Below the pieces are notes generated by a model that saw nothing but the letters and a program-made list of their open reading frames with translations, was not told the origin of the DNA and ran no database searches. Positions 11,920 through 24,350 of a stretch of DNA of 64,000 nt are shown here, in pieces. The stretch's first letter is position 1. Each line of letters begins with the position of its first letter. This DNA comes from Glaucostegus cemiculus (lineage: Eukaryota): contig CDPCPM010000335.1 of NCBI GenBank assembly GCA_976551045.1, forward strand, positions 1,364,001 through 1,428,000, written 5' to 3'. A program made the position numbers and the translations under genes.

Positions 11920-14224
11920 TTGTTCAATGAACTAAAGAAAATTATTTAATAATGATAGTGTTGGAAGGTAACTAAAGATTACATATTACCTATTGCAATG
12001 GATTAGATACATAATAGTTTCTGGAAGTGCATAACAGACCATCATCAAATTATTTTATGTTGACCCCTTCATTGGTACAACTAATTGTGATCTCATAATT
12101 CTAGCACACCCAAAAAACGATGGCACCTTCCTACATGCAACAATCCTATCAAAGAGTGACTCAGGCCTGGAAGTTCACTTTGAATTTCTGTAATGACACA
12201 AAATGGCCAGAAAATATCTAGGCTAGTGAAACACAAATGTCCCCAGTGAGTCTAGTCAAAAAATTTAAGAAAATAGACAAGGCTAAATAATTTCAAAATT
12301 AAGCAATTGATCAGCTAAAACTGTTAAGATGTAAGCATAAAAATACCTTGTAATTTAAACATTTAAAGAAGTTTCATTCAAAGGTTAATGCAATTTGTTT
12401 ATTTTAAATATTAAAATTCACATGGCAACATATTGGAGTAAAGGTTGTAATCTGAAAGTTAGTTTCAAGGCTCCAAGAAGGCATACCAGGTTCAGTGAAC
12501 AGTACAACTTGTGGTAGTTCTCTGTCCTGAACTTTCCAGCGCAGAATAATCAAGACTTCATACACAGATACAAGTATCCTTAAAATATCACGCTGCTGGG
12601 CTTCAGTAATTGCTTTGTGTTGAGTGCATTATGTAATTTATTTTCACAATGCTTGTAGTTCCTGCGGCTTACTTTCTGTAGAGTTAATATTGTAAACACC
12701 TGAAGATAATCCCAGAGCAACCCAGGGATGGACACAGTGTCGTCAGAATTTAGAAAGGTGGAGAAAATAAACTGGTGCAGGAAGTTGGTTGGGGAGATAG
12801 GGTACCAGCAAAGTCAGTGAGATTCGCAAAAGGGTAGATGAGAATGTTAAAATAATTGCACTGAAGGATGAGGAGCCAGTTGGCTTTTGATGAACAGGAT
12901 TCTTCTCTGAAAGGTTTAAGGACAGAACAGTTATTGATGAAGCCTAAGGTCAACAAGGAAAGTTTTTGCAAACCTGTCTGGAGCTGGCAAAAGCTGGGAT
13001 GAAGATTTTCACAGCATTAGGAGTGAGGCAAGGGGGAGATGAATGGTTTAATGCTTCATTTTTGTCCAGAGATCTGAGTCACTCATTAATATAGTTTAAA
13101 GAAATAAATATTTCATGAAACAAATTCCAAAAAGGTAAATAATATTGATAGATTTTGGAATTGATCATCATGTTTTCTTACAAGGCACAAGAACAAAAAT
13201 ATTCATTTTGCACAAGTGCCAGAATAATAAAATAAGAGATGGGTTTAAATGGCCTTTGAAGAGGCCATGACAGATAAGAGAATAGCATCCTAATTATCTT
13301 GTTTTTCCCACTGATGAAATTAGACAAAGCCTGCTATTCAAACCTTTATCCAGTCTCTCAGTGGATGTACTCTGATGATAGCTACCAGGACAGTTGTTCC
13401 TGTGAGATATTTCTTTTGCTACAGCTAATGTGCATTTATACTCATGGTTACAAAAGCTGATTAAACATTTCTAGCTTTAATGAAACAAAATACATGATTT
13501 TGTTATCAAGCAATTGGAATGTCATACACAAATCAATTTTTGAAATACCATTTAACTTGTAAAGAACCATAGCTCATCCTAGTTTAATACTAATTAGAAA
13601 AGCCAACTAATAAAGACAAATAAAGCATACATATTTATTATTTAATAATTTTCACAATGTGGACTAATTCGAAAAGTAACCAGATTTCAAAAAGGAGTAA
13701 ATTTTAAGGCCAGGGCGTATGCTTAGTTAATGTATAACTATTGTAATGTAATGCTAACTATTAGGAGAAGCATTTGATTTTACCTTACATCATATTGGAA
13801 AGTATCTTACATCCATTTTGATTTTATTGGTAGTGAGATGTCTGTCTTCACCCAATCTTGCCTTTTGAGGAAACTGGCAGGACTTTGGTAACTCACTGTA
13901 AGAAAGTGACACATATCTATGAAGGGTATTGTAATGTAGAAATACCCCTTCCTGTTTCTATTCTGTTAGTACTCAGCTCAAGGTTATTACTTGCAGGAAT
14001 TTGTCAGGTTAATTTCCTGGACCAGCCATCTTCAGCTGCTTCATCAAGGGCCTTCTGTCCATCATAAGGCTAGAAGTAAGCATTGCAGTTTTCAGTTCCA
14101 TTAACAATTGCTTTGAAAATGAATTAGTCTGTGCCTGAAAAGAAGAACTCAACAAGATTTAGGCTGGTAAGTTGCAACAACCACTTGCTTTTTGCCACTT
14201 ACTAGGCTAAATCTAGTAAATGAC

Positions 14225-14420
14225 TACCCTCCTCACTTTTGTGACTGCACCAATTTTTGTGCCATCTGCAAACTTACTACATTTGCATCCAAGTTATTAA
14301 TGTATATAAAACAGCAAGGGCCCCAGCAGTGATCCCTGTGGCACACTGCTAGTCAGAGACTACTACTCACTAAAGCAACCTTGTACTGTTGTCCTCTGGC
14401 TCCTACTACCAAGTTAATTT
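14225..14420 (-). mobile_element. CR1/L2-type RT fragment
   Basis: Minus strand gives TSSVPQGSLLGPLLF..YINNLD..(K)FADGTK, i.e. RT motifs 4-5 (PQGSVLGP / FADD). Confidence 0.8.
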
Positions 14421-14439
14421 ACCAACTTATTTTCTCTTT

Positions 14440-15060
14440 CTCTAATTCCCAGTTTTAACAAGGGTCTCAGACCTGACCCATTAGTTTCATTCCTCTTCCA
14501 AAGATGCTGCATGACTGGCTGTGAGCATTTCCAGTGTTTTGTATTTTTATGCCAGATAATAACCATCTCCTACAAGAGAGAGTCCAAAAAGCTCTTTTTG
14601 ATATTCAATGACATTACTATCACCAAATCTGTCATTGTCAACACCAGAAGGTCATCATTGCTGATAAGCTTAACTGGACCAGCACATGAATACTTTGGTA
14701 TCAAGAGAAGGTTAGTGACTTACACAAGAAGCTATTGATGCAACTTTGAAACAAAAACAGAAAGCCAGAATTACTGTCAGGGCAGGCAGTATATGGGGAG
14801 ACAGAAACAGGGGCAACATTTCACATCAATGACCCTCATCAGGATTGGAAAATAGAGGAAACAAATTTGTTTGTTTACAATGAGGGGTAAAGGTGAAGTG
14901 GAATTGTCTGTGAGAGGGTAGAGGCCATCAAGAGGGAGAACAGAAACAGCATGTTGGAACTGAGAAGCAGAACACAGCAGCGGCTGGAAATCTGAAACCA
15001 AACAATGCTGGAAATACCAAGCAGATCAGGCAACATCTGTTGAGAGTTCACAGTTTATAA
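14440..15060. repeat. cluster of Penelope-derived terminal-repeat (pLTR) fragments in both orientations
   Basis: AGATGCTGC..GACTGGCTG.GAGCATTTCCAG (+) and GCTGGAAATACC..GCAGATCAGGCAACATCTG (-); hammerhead-like CTGATGA...GAAA on - at ~14816-14845. Confidence 0.65.
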
Positions 15061-15109
15061 AAGGTGCAAGGTAAGAGTGAAGTGACAATTAATGGATTTC
15101 GTCCAACAT

Positions 15110-15430
15110 TCAAAAAGCACAGTGGCATCAAATCCAAAATAACTTGCTTCAATCACCCAAGCTGCCAACCTAAACATCCACTCCCTCCTCCACCATCAGT
15201 TCTGTGTAATGTGTATATCATGGCCTGTACAAATAATATATCCAAAACTCACGATCTGTGAAACATAGAAGGACAAAAACAGTATGTACCTGGGAACACC
15301 ACATCTTCAAATCATCCTTCATGCCATGCAACATCACCATTATTTTGTTGTCGCTGGGTCAAATTCCTGCTCATTCAGCTGCAATTAAGGATGGACAATA
15401 AATGCTGGTATTATCTTCCCATGAATTATC
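15110..15430 (+). mobile_element. CR1-like LINE 3' end (GCAATTAGGGATGGGCAATAAATGCTGG family)
   Basis: Tail GCAATTAAGGATGGACAATAAATGCTGG; related copies on - at ~18545-18880, ~28345-28670 and ~56560-56795. Confidence 0.65.
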
Positions 15431-15469
15431 AGTAGTAAATTAAGCAGATACCTGACTGACATTTTCTGC

Positions 15470-15610
15470 TAGTGTTCTGATGAAGAGTCACTGACCTGAA
15501 ACATTAACTCTGTTGCTCCTTCTACAGATACCACCTGATCTGCTGAGTGCCCCCACCATTGTCCACCATCTTTTCAGATTTCCAGCAGCTGCAGTTTATT
15601 GCTTTTCATT
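15470..15610 (+). repeat. Penelope pLTR-derived repeat with hammerhead-ribozyme-like core
   Basis: CTGATGA (15477-83)-AGAGTCACTGACCT-GAAAC (15498-502), followed by the family body ACAGATACCACCTGATCTGCTGAGT...AGATTTCCAGCAGCTGCAG. Confidence 0.7.
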
Positions 15611-18169
15611 TAATGGTGCACCTCTTGATAAACATTAATAAAATTTAAAACACAATTTTTTTGGAGGCAGGAGGAACAGACTGCACCCAATCCACAACAT
15701 CCCAATTGGCCTCTTTCCAAGCCCATCCCATGACTCACCCAAAGCCCACGTTTGGAAAATCATTTTATTAATATTCACAAGGGGGCAATAGAGTTCTGAC
15801 AGATTACAATGGTTGAATAAAGTATTCTAGAGTTATAACATTCTAGTTTACGTGTCTTTTGAACAACATACTGTCAACCTTTGCCTTATAATCAGATATC
15901 TGTAACCTATAAACTATGGTTCACTCTCAATGCCAGTACATTACTGTAATTATTGTTTAGATGAATATTAATAACCTTACGTGATAATTCCCAGTAATAG
16001 CAATTTAAAAAACTGAAAATGTGTTAAAAGGAGCTACATGCATGAAGAAATTTCTGCAGGAAATTAATTCAGAAATGAGTACGTGTGGAATGCAACAGCA
16101 TAGGGTGTTAACATCTCTGATTTTTCACAAAGCTGGGCCAGCATCAGCTCAATTTGGAATCAGATATGTTATCATTAGGTGGCACTGTTGAACACTTTTT
16201 TTTGTTTTCACCTTCTACCTTAAAGTTCTTCAGTGGCCAAGGAATTATTGTTAGAAGAGAATTCCCACACAAGAGAACCAAATCAACATTCATACTTGGT
16301 TAAGTATTCCATTCCCTATTCCTCTGATCAAAGTGGGTATAATCTTGTGAATGAATGATCATTTAAAAGTTGTATTTCATTATTCAGTAGACTATTATTT
16401 TGTTTCATAAAAAGATGTTACGAGAAAACATAACTAATACATTGAAAATGGAACCATTTGTTTTCTGAAGTGCAGCAAAGTATTAAATTGCTAGATAAAA
16501 GATAATTAGAAGATTATGCATAACAGATCCTATCTACAATTATGCTTTCTGGAAATGATTATATAATTTTCTAAAATTTATTCCAATTATTAAAACAAGC
16601 TGAAGTAAATATTTGGACTGACTACTTTTATTCAATGTTTTTATTTTGGCTTTGCATTTTAAAATTTCATAAGGACTATTGAACATTGAATTTCTATACT
16701 GAGCACTATAACTCTAAATTGACCTGTACACTTCCAGTCGAACACAAATGGGGGGAGAAAAACATCATGAATAAAAATAAAGCCCTCCAAGTTCAGTAAC
16801 ACTTGTTCAAAATCTTTGAATTTTAAGGTTTGATTATTATGTGACTTTTCCTGCTCAAAGTACAACAGGTAATAGATGAAAAATATTTAAGTTTCTTAAA
16901 CAAAAATCTTGATGACAATATTTTGTGGCACCGTATTTCTAATTGGGAAATAAGTTATGTCTTTTGTGGATACATCTATTTTCCCTCCTTTATCATCACT
17001 GTCACCTTGAGGCACTTGCGTAAACTCTATTCTTGTGCATGTGCTGCAAGTTCAGCTGCTATGTTAGTGCTTCTGGCTGCCAAATCCTATTCAGTACTGC
17101 TCCTCCATTGTGTTACTTTCACTCCTGTATATTTTTGACACATTCTTTACAACTATTGAAAATCTCTAGCTTCTCAGCACTCCAGCTTCTGCACTCTCAA
17201 CTTTCTGTTTATTAAATGGAAGACTGCCAAAACCCAGCTCGACAAACAAAATGCATGTTGTTAAAATGCCTTTTTCATGGTAGAAATTTAAAATGTGACT
17301 GATATATTAATGGTTTAGTCACAACTGGCTGGAATAGTCCATTATTCTGTTTAATGATGCAGAAACATCAAGAAGAAATTTGGTCTGTCAAAGGAAGAAA
17401 GATTTGCTTTTACTTTTACAAGAACTCTGCATTTACTTCAATTAAAATCACTAAATCTTTAATTATTTGAAGTATAACATGCAGATAATCTGTTTTCAAG
17501 TATTTTCAGTCATGGTATTTCAGGGTTGGTCAATCTTTTAGCAAAGTCCAAATGTATTGTACATAGAAGTATCAGATGACAGAGCTTTGGTGTGGTACCA
17601 GTGAAAGCCCTGTTCCCATAACCTCCCATTTGTTGAATTACCGATGTCAACCTTATTGCTGAGGCAAGGCCAAGATTGTCAAGCTACCAACTGTTTATCT
17701 TAGAGGTGGATAATTCAGATTGCTTTGGAATTAACACAACTCCATGGTGATGTTGCTTATTTTGTGGCAGTGAGATCTGATAAAAGATTTAACAACACAT
17801 GGGCAAAATTTAAATCGGTATTACTAAGGTTTCTGTTTGGGTGGCAAAATTATATTCACAGAGCATGAATCATACTTCCTGTTTATGTTTATCTGTACCT
17901 TGGCACATCCTGAATGTTTGCCAGAGTATGCCAAGCTGGCATATCATGGCATTAATGGCATAAAAGACTGATTTATTGCCAGGGTTGTTGGTTTGATCCT
18001 CTCAAACACCAGCTGATCATGGGTTCAGCAGCAGGAGGATCCACACTCCCTCAACTTTCCCAGCACTGAATTAATTGCTGATCGGTTTCTACTGGCTGTT
18101 GCTGTAATTCTGTAAACGTCTGGTGTTTTCTACAGTTGGTTCAGATGTACAAGTCTATAAGACTCTGTG

Positions 18170-18480
18170 TAGGTGGTTCTGAAGGACTTTAACAGATTTG
18201 CTCAAACTTGCAGATGTGGGTCTAGTGGTAGGCACTCTCCTGGACAACAACTTGACTTGGAGAAGGAGCTCAAGACATCCAAGGCAAGGCAACCTTTTGG
18301 AAGGGGAGGGAGGAGAAGGGCTCTCAACTGGAGGCCATATCAGCCTGTGGTGTTCAGGAGCAATTCTTCTATCTAATCTGAGCTGGGAAAATGGATTACC
18401 TTGGAACTGGACTGTGGCACCACATTAGCAATGGCAGTCAGGGTAATCATTGTGCCCTGCTCCTTCTAAGCCGGAGATGG
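18170..18480 (+). mobile_element. PIF/Harbinger transposase N-terminal relic
   Basis: GRRRALNWRPYQPVVFR/(E)QF../NLSWE and TTLAMAVRVIIVPCSF*AGD match Harbi1-type RRPY.PRVFR..SYL.LS and ALPVAVKVT.A..GSFQ..GD; frameshifted. Confidence 0.6.
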
Positions 18481-18544
18481 AGAGGTTTTGAATATCTCAG
18501 TTTGCTGTCCATTGTTGTGACATTCTCTTTTCAAAGAGCTGCTA

Positions 18545-18880
18545 TATTTTATCTTTTTATTACTCATACATCAGATGTAGGTGTTGGTGGCAAAACCTGC
18601 ATTTATTATGATACTTATCTGCAGATGAACTTGATGGAGAGCTGCCTTTTTAGGCTGTGTTTGGTGAAGACACTTCTACGGAGCTATTAGGTAAAGAGTT
18701 CCAGAATTTTGACCTAGCAACAGGGGAGCATGAAATCTTTACTGTTTCCATGGGTCTGCTGCCCTTGTCTTGGATCTCATACTGAGGAGATAGTGTTGAA
18801 GCCAGATTGTTGCAGTCCATGATAGGTATTGCAGCCAAGTTGCATTGTGTTTATGGGATTGTTTTAGGTGGAGGAAAGAA
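18545..18880 (-). mobile_element. CR1-like LINE 3' fragment
   Basis: Reverse complement of the same family as 15110-15430 (GCATTTATT, GAGTTCCAGAATTTTGACCTAGCAACAG). Confidence 0.6.
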
Positions 18881-21094
18881 TAGTGGTCAAGCTTTCTCAA
18901 CTGAATGAGAAGCTCTTCAAACTGAAATGTTAACCTTGTTCCTAAATTCTCAGATACTCTCTGCTCCACCATTTTCACTAAAAGCAAAATCAAATTAAAT
19001 TCCATTCTGAATACTAAATTCGAATTAGATCTATTTGATGCAGTGGCTCTAATACACAAAGTAGTGGTAATTTGCAACTTCCTTCCTCCAGAAAATTCAT
19101 GTTAATTCTGGGAATATCATCGCATTTGTTGATCAAGTTCCTGAATGTGGGGGTCTAATACTGCAGTAAGATTACTATCAACAATTGGGCCTATAGTAGC
19201 TAAGTTCTCCATCGCTGAAATGAGTTGGTTATAAATAGTTTACTGACAAACCAGCTTCTTCTACAGAATTAGTTATTGCTTCCTCGGTCCCTCTGTTTTA
19301 AAAACTTACATTATCAGCTTCAATATTCTGACAGGTTGAGTGCCAATTCAATTCCATCCCTAAATAAAAATCTTACCTTCGGCATCACGTCTTCCAGCTG
19401 TCCGTGTATCTAGGCCTCACTCTCACTCTGATCTTGATTCTCCAGCCATCGTTTTGAATTCAGTTATCTTAATGTTCTTTTCTGGTGAGCTGTTAGCTAC
19501 AGGCAGAGACAGAAGACCATGCTTCCAGAAACAGTCTGTTAGGCAAATTATGCTATTTTGTTGACTTTCTTTCATTTTAAAGGGACACTCAGTTTCATTT
19601 TAAACTGACATTGAGAAACCTGACTGGGCAGCTTCAAAGCTGACTGCAGGCTACACAAACACCTTCCAAAGTCCACTGAGTGTGCTCCCATTAACGGTGA
19701 ATGTTTGTCCAACATTTCACTGCTGAGATACTCTATCGGTCATTGCCTTAGTTGTGACACCATTGGCACACTGGAGGTGTTGTAATGGTCAAGGTTGTCC
19801 ACACAGAGTGGGTTATGGACCTTGGGGCAGGAGTCCAAGATTGCCCATTTGTTTAGAGTTTACTCCCAGAGTCCCTGTAGACACCACATCCTATCTGGAT
19901 GTCCCTGATGAACAAAGTACTCATGGCATCAGGTTTTCCAAAGCTGTTATCATAGGGATATGTGAAATGCTGTCTCTGGCCACACTCTCATGCCAGTAAT
20001 CACAGTGATTCTTAATTTCCTCACAACAGGCACTTTAAAAGGGGCTGCAGCAGTTGTCTGGTGTCTCTAACAATTTGCTTCTCACTGCGGCTTCAAAGCA
20101 AACATGTCATCCACTTACAGCAGCATCTTGGTTGTTGCTGGGTTTTCAGACATTGATTGCACTCGTGCCTACAGGGGCAGTCTTAGGTGCTGCCTGACCA
20201 GCTGAGATCCTCCAGCATTTTCTGCGTGTTGCTGCATAATATGAACAGGAGAGGTTTCCGATTCCTCAGCATGCAGGTCTGCGGATGATGGGGCGGATTT
20301 CCTCATGGTAAATGTTTCTGGGACTCATCCTGAGGATGAACTACAGCAAGTGAACACAGGTAAGACAAGAGGCACACAAGTACCAGGATCAACATGGATA
20401 ATGCCATAGTTCTCTTAAAATGAGATCTCATTTCCTACAGGAGCTTTGAGTACGTGGAGATTTCAGCATGCACTGCGGACTGCACAACATTGTCAACTGA
20501 AGATCACAGGTTGTGAAAGAGGGAAAGGAGCCAGCAGGCCATGAGACTGTGGATGCTGATCAGGGGCAGGAGGAAGGAATGGGGGAAAGGAAGCAGCTAC
20601 CAGGGGATATCTCTGTTCAGCATCCATAGCCTCATCTCCCAGTTAGAGGCAGATATTGCCCACATTTGATACAAGGAATTCTAATATAGAGGCAATTGTC
20701 ATAAGCAGCCTTTAAAATTGAATTTTCCAATACAAATCAAGTGATTCTCTGCACACTAAATCCATAACACTAACAAAGTACACCGATAACCAGCTGGGAG
20801 AAGCCAGGTAATACACAAAGTCACCTTGCATTCTACAGTGCAGGCGTACCTGCAGTGAATATAACACTTCAACAAATGTTTGTCTGTCCCTATAACTTAA
20901 ATGTCTTGATGCAGAATCTCTGCATTTCCTGATGTGTGGCAGGTTGAGTCACTAACCACAATCTCTGCACAAAATTCACTTTCCTAAACTGTTCAGACGC
21001 TTCACAATGTCAGTGGTGGCTGTTCAACACTGCAAACACAGAAGCTGATGGTAATGCACATAATAATCAGACTGTCATTTAACATAATTCATTG

Positions 21095-21240
21095 GCGACA
21101 CAAGAGACTGCAGTTGTCGGAACCTGGAGCAAAATAAAATCGAGCTGCTGGAGATACTCAGTGGTTCAGGCAGCATTTGTGGAGGGATATAGACAGTCGA
21201 GACCCACTGAGTTCCTCCAGCAACTCATTTTTTTTGCCTA
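21095..21240. repeat. palindromic Penelope pLTR-derived element
   Basis: GACACAAGAGACTGCAG...GCTGGAGATACTCAGTGG followed by its inverse CCACTGAGTTCCTCCAGC. Confidence 0.7.
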
Positions 21241-21984
21241 ACAAACATCTCAAGGCAATGAATCTCAAACTAACACCTCAAGGCAATGAAGTCCACAATC
21301 ATGTAGCAATGAGAAATCTCTCATGAGACTCCAATTCTGTTGCACCAATGACCATCTGAAGGTACACAATGAGGTAGAACTAATGCTGTAGACAACATGC
21401 AACAATTGGATCTGAACAATGAAGTGCAACGCTCTCCTGTGCAAGCCATCCTTTCTCACTCATTCTCTTGCACCTCGTTCTATCATATTCAATTCCCACC
21501 TAAAGGGAGACTTCTAGAGAGGGGGCAACGTGGAGCAGATGTTTCATCTCAGCATATGAACTTCCTCATTTTGCTCTGCCTCTTACAGACCCTCCCTCAG
21601 AGATGGCCATCATAACTGTTGTAAGAACAGAACAAGCAGGGAATAATAATCATGATACAGTAATCAGCTTTTCAGGAGGGGGTGGTGTCAGACACAAATG
21701 TTACAGAATAACATGGCAGATATTTCACAATCATGTGGTCAGCTACAGTGAGGCTATAATTCTATAGGGGATTCTTACACACTGCCTATTGGGGTAGATG
21801 ACAGCCCTGTGGAGGCATAGACCGAGACCACACAAAGTCTGCCTACATGCAGTCTCACCTTGTTCCAGCTGGAGGCCTGGTTTGTACCAAATAGGATTGG
21901 GAGTACGCGTGGTTGAGGAGACAGTGTACAAGGCTGCAGGTATTTAATAACCAACTGTATACTGTATGCTGTTGGACACACAAG

Positions 21985-22075
21985 AAGTTCTTCAGATGCT
22001 AGAAGCTGGAGGAATTCAGCTGGCCAGGCAGCATATGTTGATGGAAATAGACAATCAACTTTTTGGGTCAAGAAC
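21985..22075 (-). repeat. Penelope pLTR-derived repeat fragment
   Basis: GCTGGAGGAATTCAGCTGGCCAGGCAGCATATG..GGAAATAGACAATCAAC. Confidence 0.65.
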
Positions 22076-23189
22076 TATATATTGTTGGGTCTGATAGTCT
22101 TTTGTCACCTTTCATCCCATATACTATCAAGACTAAATTCAGATGTAATGAAGAACAAAACTAGAACTTTGGCCTCAATGAAATAATTAACAAACCACAA
22201 GCACTATCAAATGTGAAAATTACACCAATACCAGCATGGCAAGTGAAGCAGGATAAATTTGTTCTGCTGTCTGTTTTTGCATAACGTGGCATAAATTACG
22301 TTCTATATCATAAATCAGAGTGTTACTGTATTCACAAGTCTCTAATGTGCATTGAAAGTATTACCATATTTTTACTCCAAACGAAATTCAGGACTTTGCT
22401 ATAACCAATTAATTGGAGCTTTCAGTTCAGAGATATCACCATAAGAATTACTTTAAAGGTATAAATTACTGCAACTTATTTCACAAAGGCTTTCATTTGT
22501 TCATAAGCTGCTAATAAATCCATTCATTGCTCAAGTTTCCCGAGCAACTTGCAGAATCCCTTAAACAAACAGCTCTCTCATTAGATAAGGTGTGCAAGAC
22601 CAATGATAAAGGCAAATGAAAAATGGGTCACATGTAGAAACTAGACCATCTTCTTTTGGTGCATGAGGTATGTGCTGTGTAGAATACTAATGGCCAAATG
22701 GATTTCCTGTAAAAACAAAGTCCAAAGTCCAGCATTGGGAATGGTTTACATCCAGAATTAGGCATTTAAAACTGACCTGCATAGTTCCTGAGCTCAGTGG
22801 GAAAGAGAGTAGATTTAGTGAAAGAGACCTAGCATTCTCATCAGTGAGATGAAAACCAGGAAGGAGGTCTGCCAGGGATGCCAAGATACCCAATAGGGAC
22901 ACCACAGGAAGAGCCTGGCATTACATGGTCCTGGCTGTCTCCTCCAGATGTGAGAATCCCCACTCATTTGAGAGCTGCACAAATAAATGCCTCGTTCTGA
23001 TAAGCTTTGCCAGGGGATCTTCACACTCTTGCTAACAGTTGCTGTTAGGCATTTCCGTAAATGAATGAGGGATTCGTTTATTGATGTATTTATACCAATG
23101 TGAGTGGTACAAAGAAGGATGTGAAAGATTATTGTTTCACCTGGGCTTCTGTTGATCACTGGCAAATAATGCTGACATTGAGGACTGGA

Positions 23190-23292
23190 AGAAAAACACA
23201 TTGAGGCTGGAGGAACTCAGCAGGCCAGGCAGTATCCGTGAAGAAAAGCAGGCGGTCAATGTTTCGGGTCAGGACCCTTCTTCGGGACTGCA
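23190..23292 (-). repeat. Penelope pLTR-derived repeat with hammerhead-like core
   Basis: Minus strand CCGAAGA-AGGGTCCTGACCC-GAAACATTGAC at ~23253-23290; perfect GGGTC/GACCC stem II. Confidence 0.7.
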
Positions 23293-23399
23293 ATGTGGAA
23301 AAGGTCACTTTGGATCTGGCACAAGGATCTGGTACGCTCCTTTTGAAAATCACCTATCAGGGAGTCCAATATTGTGTGTACGGTCTGCACTTCCATCAA

Positions 23400-24350
23400 T
23401 TGTTCTGATGGAGGATGATGTTATTTCTTTTCCACTGGAATTTGCCCAGTAGCTTTCCTCGTCCTCCTGCTACTCTTCAGATTGTCACTCATGTACCTCA
23501 GGGTCTCCCTTCAGCACTGGCTGCTGCCTTCGGTTTTCTTGATCGTGCAGTGAGCAGTGAGCAGTTCACTGGAGAAACTTTCTGCTTGTTGTTGGCATTT
23601 TATTTTGCAGGGCGCCCCTGGGCTGGTGCAGCTCACAGAATCTCATTTTTCACAGTGCTGGCACTCTTGTGGCTCTTGTTGCAGTGGTGTTCAGCAGCTG
23701 TGGTAGGAGTGTGAATTGGTATCAGGAACCAGGGAAGTAGAGGGTGGCCCTTGTCCCCCAGGATCAATCCCTTCGACAGTGCTCCCAGGATGAAGGCATC
23801 AAGTGTGCTTCCCAGAAACAAGGCGTTCACCATCAGAAGGGTCTTAAATGATCAACCGCCACCTGTTGAAAATCTCTGGGTTATTGATGGCACTTATGGG
23901 CATGAGTGCAGTTAATGAGAGCCCACACCATGGAAAGTGGACAACACTGGGAAATCCCACTGCCTACATTGTCTCCCAATCTTCGGTGAAATCAATATAG
24001 AAGAACTAATCTCTGCATGAGCACAGTGCCTGGGTGCAATGAGTAGCAACATATGGGACATTCCAGAGGATTGCTGTGGTTGGTTGGAAAGATCCTGTGG
24101 CAAGGAAGCTGAGATAACCTCCACTTCCACAGAGAGCAGGCCAGACATGAGACCAAGGTTTCCTGCTGCATCCAGCAAATCTCTGTGATGACAACGCTGT
24201 AAAACCTGAATTTTCAATCATGTTGTTCTTCAGAGAGGTCCAGGAAGGATGTGGCCTGCTTGGAGCAGCTCTTTGCTGATGGCTATGTCTCTTCCTCCCG
24301 CCCTGGGCCCCGGCCCAGCCTACATGGCCAGTCATGACCATAGCGAAACC
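23400..24350 (-). mobile_element. PIF/Harbinger (Harbi1-like DDE) transposase pseudogene
   Basis: Minus-strand segments LSVEVEVISA/FLATGSFQ, GFPSV..INCTH, GSTLDAFIL..LILGDKGHPLLPWFLIPIHTPTTAAEHHCNKSHKSA, RGALQ and CSLHD follow the Harbinger order; multiple frameshifts and stops. Confidence 0.8.
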
